Source: Alphaproteobacteria bacterium UBA2966 (lineage in GTDB: Bacteria; Pseudomonadota; Alphaproteobacteria; UBA2966). From it: a DNA stretch of 64,000 nucleotides. The stretch spans positions 10,506 to 74,505 of the forward strand of contig DEBC01000107.1 in NCBI GenBank assembly GCA_002348365.1, written 5' to 3'. Position numbers and translations under genes: made by a program. The notes beneath the pieces were generated by a model. That model was not told the origin of the DNA. It searched no databases and was given only the letters and a program-made list of their open reading frames with translations. This document shows, in pieces, positions 57,897-64,000 of the stretch (the first letter of the stretch is position 1; every line of letters begins with the position of its first letter).

Positions 57897-58703
57897 ATGA
57901 GCCCCACTGAGACCTATGAGGTATACGCGATCCGGTACGGGACTTTCGCAGAGCGCGAACGGCGGCAAAACTTCATTACACCACCCGATCCGCACGAGGG
58001 CGGCATGCCCATCGACTATTTCGTCTGGGCCATCGTCAATGATGATCGCGCGATCGTGGTCGACACCGGATTCGATGCCGCAGAAGGGGAACAGCGCAAC
58101 CGGGCGATCGAGCGGCTGCCACGCGAAGGCCTCGAGATGATCGGTATCGACTCGCTCAAGGTCGAGGACGTGATCATCACCCACCTTCACTACGACCACG
58201 CCGGCACACTCAGCGATTTTCCGGCCGCCAGATTCCACATTCAGGACAGCGAAGTCTCGTTCGCCACCGGCAGGCACATGTGTCAGCCAACCTTCGGCCA
58301 CTCGTATACCTGTGATCATGTCGTGGGACTGGTACGCAAGGTGTTCGACGGCCGGGTTGCGTTCCACGACGGCGACGGACAGGTGGCGCCGGGAATTACC
58401 GTGCATCACGTCGGCGGCCACACCATGGGTCTGCAATACGTCCGCGTGATGACCAAGCGGGGGCCCCTGGTTCTCGCCTCGGATGCCGCTCATTTTTACG
58501 AGAACATGGAAGCCAGCGCGCCATTTCCCATCGTCTACAACGTCGCCGACATGCTCGACGGTCACCGAAGAATGTATGACATGGCGGCAAGCACCGACCA
58601 CGTCATTCCCGGGCACGACCCTCTCGTCATGAAGTATTACCCAGCGCCCAAGTCGAACCTCGAAGGCGTGGTCGTTCGACTGGACGTCGATCCCCAGACC
58701 TGA
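57897..58703 (+). CDS. MBL-fold hydrolase (N-acyl-homoserine-lactonase-like family)
   Basis: VVDTGF...ITHLHYDHAG...HVGGHT...PGHD are metallo-beta-lactamase motifs. Confidence 0.8.
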   Translation: MSPTETYEVYAIRYGTFAERERRQNFITPPDPHEGGMPIDYFVWAIVNDDRAIVVDTGFDAAEGEQRNRAIERLPREGLEMIGIDSLKVEDVIITHLHYDHAGTLSDFPAARFHIQDSEVSFATGRHMCQPTFGHSYTCDHVVGLVRKVFDGRVAFHDGDGQVAPGITVHHVGGHTMGLQYVRVMTKRGPLVLASDAAHFYENMEASAPFPIVYNVADMLDGHRRMYDMAASTDHVIPGHDPLVMKYYPAPKSNLEGVVVRLDVDPQT

Positions 58704-58704
58704 C

Positions 58705-59229
58705 GTGTCACAGCTCCACCAGTTCGGGTTCGAGTATGACGCGGAGGAGGACAGGCTTCTCCTCAAGGTCAAGACGACGGATCACTCTGAGATCCTCGTG
58801 TGGCTAACCCAGCGCTTCATCAAGACGATGATGTAGCCTCATCTGCAGCGGCTCATGGAGCTTGAGCCCCAAGTTCGTCGGCAAAGCAATCCCGTCACGC
58901 CGAAGTCCATCATCTCTTTCCAGCGAGAGACCGCCATCGCCAAGACGGATTTTTCCAAGCCATTTGAGAAGAAGGTCACGGCCCGTCCCGCCGGCGACGA
59001 TCCCCAGCTCGCCAAGCGACTTAAAGTGAAGACCTCGAAAAGAGGTCTCCATGTCATCACCTTCACGACGAAGGAAGGCAAGGACATCTCGATTTCGCTC
59101 AACAACTAGCACCTGCACTCGTTCTGCCATCTCTTGGCGAAGACCGTAGAGAAGGCGAAGTGGGTTCTCGAACTGGAGATCGATAACAAGGCACAGACAC
59201 ACTACGAGGCCCCTGAACAGCTGATGTAG
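58705..59229 (+). pseudogene. Conserved-looking hypothetical gene interrupted by two in-frame TAG codons
   Basis: There is a single frame from GTG 58705 to TAG 59227-59229. The internal TAGs are at 58834-58836 and 59107-59109, with no frameshift and protein-like sequence on both sides of each stop. Confidence 0.45.
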
Positions 59230-59347
59230 CTTGGGATTTTGGTTGTCGAACCGGCCCGTTGAAGTGACCGCGTCCGCCGTGTAGGTTCGCGCGTCCCGGT
59301 ACGCCGGTCAGCATACATAAACACCCCAGACGCGAGAGGGAGGAGAC

Positions 59348-60247
59348 ATGAGCAAGATCGAACAAGTCGGCTTTATCGGCCTTGGCCTGATGGGCACATC
59401 CATGTCCAACAACCTGCTGAAAGCGGGATTCAAGGTGAAAGGCTACGACCCTCTTCCCGGCGCCGGCGATGGTATCAAGCCCAATGGTGGCGAGGTCGTT
59501 CCGACACCGGGTGAGACCGGCGACGGCTCACAGCTCGTCATCGTCATGGTCCCCGACGTTCCTGAGGTGGATGCGGTGTTGAACGGCGACGACGGCTTGC
59601 TGAAGAGCCCGGGAGAGGGACGGGTGGTCATGGTGATGTGCACCATCGATCCCGGTGCCGTCCTCAAGTTCGCCGAGCAGGCCCGAGCCGCGGGCTGGGG
59701 CTATGTCGATTCGCCGGTAGGCCGGACCGCTGACGATGCCCGCGAGGGCACATCCATGTTCATGGTTGCCGGCTCGGTTGAGGACAAGGCGACCGTCATG
59801 CCGGCGCTGGAGGCCATGGGCACCGAGATCATCGATTGCGGTGATGTCGGCCACGGCATGACCTGTAAGGTCGTCAACAATTTCATGTCGACGGTGGGCG
59901 CGGTGATGGTGGCCGAGGCGTTGCGGCTTGCCGAATCAGGTGGTGTCGGTCCCGACAAGGCCTTGGAGGTCATCAACGGCACCATCGCGGGCAACGGCCA
60001 CTCGAAGGTTCACTTCCCCAACAAGGCGTTGGCGGGGAACCTCAATCCCGGATTCGCGGTCAAGCATGCACGCAAGGACGTGAACATCGCCCGCACGGTC
60101 ATGGAGCGCGAAGGGTTCCCCTGCTACACCGCCAAAGCGGCCTTGGAGGCCTACGACGCGGCGCTCGAACGCGGCCACGGCGACAACGACTGGAGCGACC
60201 TCTACAACGTTGTCAACGACATCTGGGCGGAAAACCGCAAGGGCTGA
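59348..60247 (+). CDS. NAD(P)-dependent beta-hydroxyacid dehydrogenase (HIBADH-like, third copy)
   Basis: VGFIGLGLMGTSM...GHGMTCKVVNNF, with a GGGAGGAG SD. Confidence 0.85.
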   Translation: MSKIEQVGFIGLGLMGTSMSNNLLKAGFKVKGYDPLPGAGDGIKPNGGEVVPTPGETGDGSQLVIVMVPDVPEVDAVLNGDDGLLKSPGEGRVVMVMCTIDPGAVLKFAEQARAAGWGYVDSPVGRTADDAREGTSMFMVAGSVEDKATVMPALEAMGTEIIDCGDVGHGMTCKVVNNFMSTVGAVMVAEALRLAESGGVGPDKALEVINGTIAGNGHSKVHFPNKALAGNLNPGFAVKHARKDVNIARTVMEREGFPCYTAKAALEAYDAALERGHGDNDWSDLYNVVNDIWAENRKG

Positions 60248-60282
60248 TTTACAGGCCTCCCTTCCATCAGGAGGGGAAACTG

Positions 60283-61389
60283 TCAGGTCAGGCGCTTGAG
60301 CGCCCGCGGCAGGGCGTCACAGAATCGGCGCACATCCTCGTCCGGGACCGTCGTCGTGACCCGCACGAAGTTGGGTCCGTAGATTTCCGACGTGTAGTTG
60401 CCCGATCGAATGACGAATCCCTCGTCGAGCACGGCACGGACGACGGCTTCTGAGTCGTGGCCTGTCCCGGTGACGTCGATGGCCACGAAGTTTGCTGCCG
60501 GCGGCCAGGAGATGATGTCGAGTGAATCGATTTCATCGACGCAGGCCTTGATCGCTTCCTGGTTTCGGCGGTTCATCTCGAGCACGCGAGGCTTCCAGTT
60601 GGGCTTGGTCTGATATGCGGCAATGGCGCCCTGTTGGGCCACCCAGTTGCCTCCCAACCGATCCACTTGATGCTCGCGAATACGCGCCATGAGCGCGGGA
60701 TGGGCAATCGACGCGCCCACGCGAAGACCGGCAAAGCCGCAGATCTTGGACAAGCTGATGTTCATGACCGCGCGCTCCGAGTATCGGGGTGCGGGAAAAT
60801 TTCCGCCCGCGGCAAAGTCGCGGTACGTCGCGTCGTGAAGCAACCAGGCATCATTCAGCTGGGCGATTTCGCACAGGGCCTTGATCTCTTCCTCGTCGTA
60901 ACATGACCCGAGCGGATTGAGAGGGTCGATGACCGTGATCAGCTTGGTACGTGGGGTGACGTGATCGCGCACGATCTCGGGAACGAGTTTCCAGCCGGCG
61001 TTGGGCGAGTAAACAGAGATCGAGATGACCTCGGACCCGAGGGTCCGGGCGAAATTGGGAATGTGCGGCCACCCCGGGTCGGAAACGATGGTCTGGTCAC
61101 CGGGTCCGAGAATCGCTGCCATCGCCTGGTAGATGGCCTCGGTCGCACCTTGAGTCACCATGACCTCAGTGCCGGAAACCTCGACGTCCGCCGCCACAAG
61201 CGCCGCGAGTTCATCGAATCCGTAGGGGGGCGTGTAGTTCCGGTAGGCATCGGACTCGATCGCCTGAATCATCGCCTCGTGGATGGCCGGGTCGAGCTCG
61301 AGATGGTTGCAGTTGTGGCCCATATGCACGAGACCTTCGTCCAGTGCCAGGTCCTCCCAACTCTCTCCACCAACGTTGAGGAAACTCAT
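60283..61389 (-). CDS. Class I/II PLP-dependent aminotransferase
   Basis: ...YTPPYG...LHDATYRDF...SLSKICGFAGLRVG (PLP lysine). Confidence 0.85.
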   Translation of the reverse strand: MSFLNVGGESWEDLALDEGLVHMGHNCNHLELDPAIHEAMIQAIESDAYRNYTPPYGFDELAALVAADVEVSGTEVMVTQGATEAIYQAMAAILGPGDQTIVSDPGWPHIPNFARTLGSEVISISVYSPNAGWKLVPEIVRDHVTPRTKLITVIDPLNPLGSCYDEEEIKALCEIAQLNDAWLLHDATYRDFAAGGNFPAPRYSERAVMNISLSKICGFAGLRVGASIAHPALMARIREHQVDRLGGNWVAQQGAIAAYQTKPNWKPRVLEMNRRNQEAIKACVDEIDSLDIISWPPAANFVAIDVTGTGHDSEAVVRAVLDEGFVIRSGNYTSEIYGPNFVRVTTTVPDEDVRRFCDALPRALKRLT

Positions 61390-61414
61390 GTGGCCCTCCT
61401 GTGGCCGTTGAACT

Positions 61415-62710
61415 CTAGGATCCCGCCGCCATAAGACTGGCCGTCAGGATCGACGATGCCTTGGCAAAATCTTCCATCTCCATCGCCTCGCGCGGATTAT
61501 GGCTTCCGTGGGCGTTGCGAATGAACAACATGGCGGCCGGCACACCACATCCGGCGAAGACCAACGCGTCGTGGCCCGCGCCACTCGGCATCTCCAGGAC
61601 CGGAATATCGAGTTCCGATGCTGAGCGAAGAAGACGTTTGCGAAGCCCCAGATCCATATCTGCCGGTGCGGTTTCCGAGCAGGGTCCAAGGTCGATTCGA
61701 ACCCCGCGACGCTCTTCGATCTCTGCAATGGTCGCGTCTAATTGCTCGCGCACCGCTGCGAGGGTTTCCGCCGAGCGGCTGCGCACGTCAATTGTAAAAC
61801 GCACATCCCCCGCCACCTTGCTGGCCGCACTGTGGACATCATCCGTCGAGATCACCCCAAACGTCACCGCGAGATCCTGACCTTCTTCCTCCAGCGTGGC
61901 CCACAAGTCGTCGGTTCGCGATACCAGCTCGGCAACTGCGGCCACGGAATCCCGCCGCAACGCCCGCGGCACGGTGCCGCAGTGGCCGTACTCTCCCGCA
62001 CAACTTGCTTCGCGGCAGCGAAAGTTCCCGCGAATTCCGGAGACGATTCCCACTGGGATACCCTCGGATTCCATTGCCGGGCCCTGCTCGATGTGTATTT
62101 CGTAGTAGGCCGCGATGGCATCGGGCCGCAGGTACGGTGTCTGTACGGTCACAGCCTCCGAGTCGAGACCGCAGTCGTGCATGTGTTCGGCAATTGTCCG
62201 GCCGCTGTCCGTCCGTCGCACCGTCGTGAGTTCATCGGGTGCCAGGAGGCCGAGCGCCGCCCGGCTCCCAATATAGTTGGCCGAAAACCACATGCTTTCT
62301 TCCGCCCGGATCCCCATCACGGTGATGTCCTGGTCGGGCACATGGCCGGCCTGAAACAGACTCGAAACTGCGGCCAGGCCCGCGAGCACGCCGGCGGCAC
62401 CGTCGTAATTGCCCCCGCAACGCACGGAATCGAGATGAGACCCAATGAGAATACGAGGCGCCGAGCGGTCACGACCGGCCAGGGTCATGTACAGATTGCC
62501 CGCAGGATCGACATCTGTTTCCAGTCCGGCCGCTGCGGCCGCGTCGCGAACGATCATATGCGCAGCGTTCTCTCCCGGACCGTAGGATTCACGAGTGACG
62601 CCTTCGCCGTCCTCTGTCGCGTCGCGCAGGGCATCGAACAGGGAGGCGGCGAGCGCGACGTCGGGTCGCGGAACTCGCGGTTCCTCATGATGCTGAAGGG
62701 AAGTGGCCAT
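61415..62710 (-). CDS. M20 Zn-dependent amidohydrolase (carbamoylase/allantoate amidohydrolase family)
   Basis: GSHLDSV..GGNYDG..GV...HIEQGP...SGAGHDA is typical of the hydantoinase/carbamoylase-family amidases. Confidence 0.85.
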   Translation of the reverse strand: MATSLQHHEEPRVPRPDVALAASLFDALRDATEDGEGVTRESYGPGENAAHMIVRDAAAAAGLETDVDPAGNLYMTLAGRDRSAPRILIGSHLDSVRCGGNYDGAAGVLAGLAAVSSLFQAGHVPDQDITVMGIRAEESMWFSANYIGSRAALGLLAPDELTTVRRTDSGRTIAEHMHDCGLDSEAVTVQTPYLRPDAIAAYYEIHIEQGPAMESEGIPVGIVSGIRGNFRCREASCAGEYGHCGTVPRALRRDSVAAVAELVSRTDDLWATLEEEGQDLAVTFGVISTDDVHSAASKVAGDVRFTIDVRSRSAETLAAVREQLDATIAEIEERRGVRIDLGPCSETAPADMDLGLRKRLLRSASELDIPVLEMPSGAGHDALVFAGCGVPAAMLFIRNAHGSHNPREAMEMEDFAKASSILTASLMAAGS

Positions 62711-62734
62711 ATCCGGTTCCGGTTTGTCTCGCCG

Positions 62735-63523
62735 TCAGACCCCCTTGGTCTGGCCACCATCGATATCGAGGGTCGTCCCGGTGATGAAATTGGCCTTGTC
62801 GGAGGCAAAGAACGCGGCGGCGGCGGCGACTTCGACGGGCTGCCCGAACCGCTTGAGCATGGTCTCCTGGGTCTGAATTCCGCGGGCCTCGTCGTAGGTG
62901 ATGCCGTTCTCGCGCGCCATTTCTTCCGCCAGGTACTGCATACGCTCGGTGTCGATCGGCCCCGGATTGATGGCATTGGCGAGGACGTTGGCCGGCGCCC
63001 CCTCCTCGGCCAGCGCCTTATTGAAGTTGAGCAATGCTGCGTTCACGACGCCCCCGGTGAAGACATAGGCATGCGGCTGCCGGCCGTGGGTACCGATGAT
63101 CGTGATGATCCGTCCCCAACCCCGTTCCATCATTCCGGGGAGAACCGCGCGGGCACACCGGATCTGGGGCAGGAACTTGATTTCCAATGCGCCGCGCCAA
63201 TCGTCATCGGACAGCTCGACAAAGGGCTTGGTCGGGGGACCGGCAGAATTGTTGATCAGGACGTCGATGCGGCCAAACTGCTCCTCGACGGCGGCAACGA
63301 GTCGGTCAATATCGTCCTGGTGGGTGCAGTCCGCCGCGATGGCACCGGGTCTCGCCCCCGTTTCCTCCTCCAGGCGCCCTGCAGCCGCGTCCAGCGTTTC
63401 CTGGTTGCGGGCCGAAATAACGACCGTAGAGCCCTCGGACAAGAAACCCGCCGCGATGGCGTACCCGAGCCCCCGGCTTGCGGCAGTGACGAGAACGACT
63501 TTATCGGTGAGACCGAGATCCAT
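62735..63523 (-). CDS. SDR family oxidoreductase
   Basis: KVVLVTAASRGLGYA...NNSAG... Confidence 0.85.
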   Translation of the reverse strand: MDLGLTDKVVLVTAASRGLGYAIAAGFLSEGSTVVISARNQETLDAAAGRLEEETGARPGAIAADCTHQDDIDRLVAAVEEQFGRIDVLINNSAGPPTKPFVELSDDDWRGALEIKFLPQIRCARAVLPGMMERGWGRIITIIGTHGRQPHAYVFTGGVVNAALLNFNKALAEEGAPANVLANAINPGPIDTERMQYLAEEMARENGITYDEARGIQTQETMLKRFGQPVEVAAAAAFFASDKANFITGTTLDIDGGQTKGV

Positions 63524-63561
63524 ATCGACTTCCTCTTCTCTTAAGCGCCTCCCCGCAGCGC

Positions 63562-64000
63562 CTAACCCGCGACGATGATCTCGTGGGGCAGGGTGGTGAA
63601 GCGTTCCACACCGGTTTCGGTCACACGCGTGGTGTCTTCCATGTGCATGCCGCCGTGCTCCGGATGACGGTAGAAGACCTCGAAGTTGACCATGGTGTTG
63701 GTCTCCATAACCCAGCCGCTGGCCGCATCTTCAGGCGTTGCGAAGTCGAACACGTTTAGCCCGATGGGGTGGTAGATCACCGTCGCACCTTCGGTTGGCA
63801 GGTCGCTCTTCTCGAAGACCTCCATGCCCATGCGCTCGAGGTCCGAGGAATGCATGCCGGCCTTGAGATTGCTCTCGCCGGCGGCGATGGCCTCCTTGAC
63901 CACCTCGTGCATCATTTTCTGGTAGTTGCTGGGCTCGCCCACGCAGGCAGTGCGTGCGCTGTCCGCGTGATAGAGCTTGTAAAGGCAGATGCAGTCGAGG
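63562..64000 (-). CDS. M24 family metallopeptidase (Xaa-Pro peptidase/creatinase-like), C-terminal part; continues past right edge
   Basis: The frame is open to the window edge (...YHADSARTACVGEPS...HPIGLNVFD...FEVFYRHPEHGGMHMEDTTRVTETG). Confidence 0.75.
   Translation of the reverse strand, partial: LDCICLYKLYHADSARTACVGEPSNYQKMMHEVVKEAIAAGESNLKAGMHSSDLERMGMEVFEKSDLPTEGATVIYHPIGLNVFDFATPEDAASGWVMETNTMVNFEVFYRHPEHGGMHMEDTTRVTETGVERFTTLPHEIIVAG

Noticed and set aside
57873-58772. 299-aa minus-strand ORF
   Set aside because: It is antisense to the MBL-fold hydrolase, which carries an intact HxHxDH motif.
58804-59202. 132-aa minus-strand ORF opposite the double-TAG gene
   Set aside because: It has Leu/Arg/Gly-rich antisense-type composition. 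The plus frame has protein-like sequence continuing across both stops and is coupled to the upstream gene.
61742-63544. 600-aa plus-strand ORF
   Set aside because: It is antisense to the M20 amidohydrolase and SDR genes, which have clear motifs and SDs. Its composition is Arg/Gly-rich with no recognisable domain.
1-64000. Search by eye for CRISPR arrays, IS elements/transposases, integrases, toxin-antitoxin pairs and known defence genes
   Set aside because: None was recognised. There are no regularly spaced direct repeats and no DDE or tyrosine-recombinase-like ORFs. A visual scan cannot exclude short or degenerate elements.

Overview
High-GC bacterial chromosomal segment. It is probably alphaproteobacterial; this is an inference from a DUF2794-like gene, the divergent tesA/ybbA-ybbP layout and general protein flavour. 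I support about 65 protein-coding genes, tightly packed and often translationally coupled. Reading by eye I found no rRNA, tRNA, CRISPR array, transposase, integrase or phage gene. The left half (1-27 kb) is housekeeping, transport and stress functions. These include asparaginase-II, a Mug-like glycosylase, a molybdopterin oxidoreductase, OYE, MATE/MFS/DMT transporters, acetoacetyl-CoA synthetase, a LonC-like protease with a tandem USP, ThpR, TesA/YbbAP and BI-1. The 27-38 kb stretch looks more accessory. It holds an orphan Rap1a/Tai-like protein, a decayed multihaem cytochrome, an M81 peptidase, a Dpp-type ABC importer without a binding protein, and a GST-GST-NrtS operon. The 38.9-64 kb stretch is a paralogue-dense catabolic island. 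It holds hydantoinase A/B, a carbamoylase-type M20, AcnX, Ldh_2 x2, HIBADH-like x3, SDRs and aminotransferases. I see no clear-cut new defence or mobile system. The most unusual items are listed below.
- Two unassigned paralogous small proteins are embedded in the AcnX operon.
- A terminator-capped RNA candidate with CU-rich loops lies upstream of the GST operon.
- A 22-bp inverted repeat occurs on both sides of tetR.
- A Lon-like protease has substituted Walker residues.
- Three frame-preserved genes or remnants are broken only by nonsense codons or truncation.
All family calls rest on my recognition of motifs in the translations. No searches were run.
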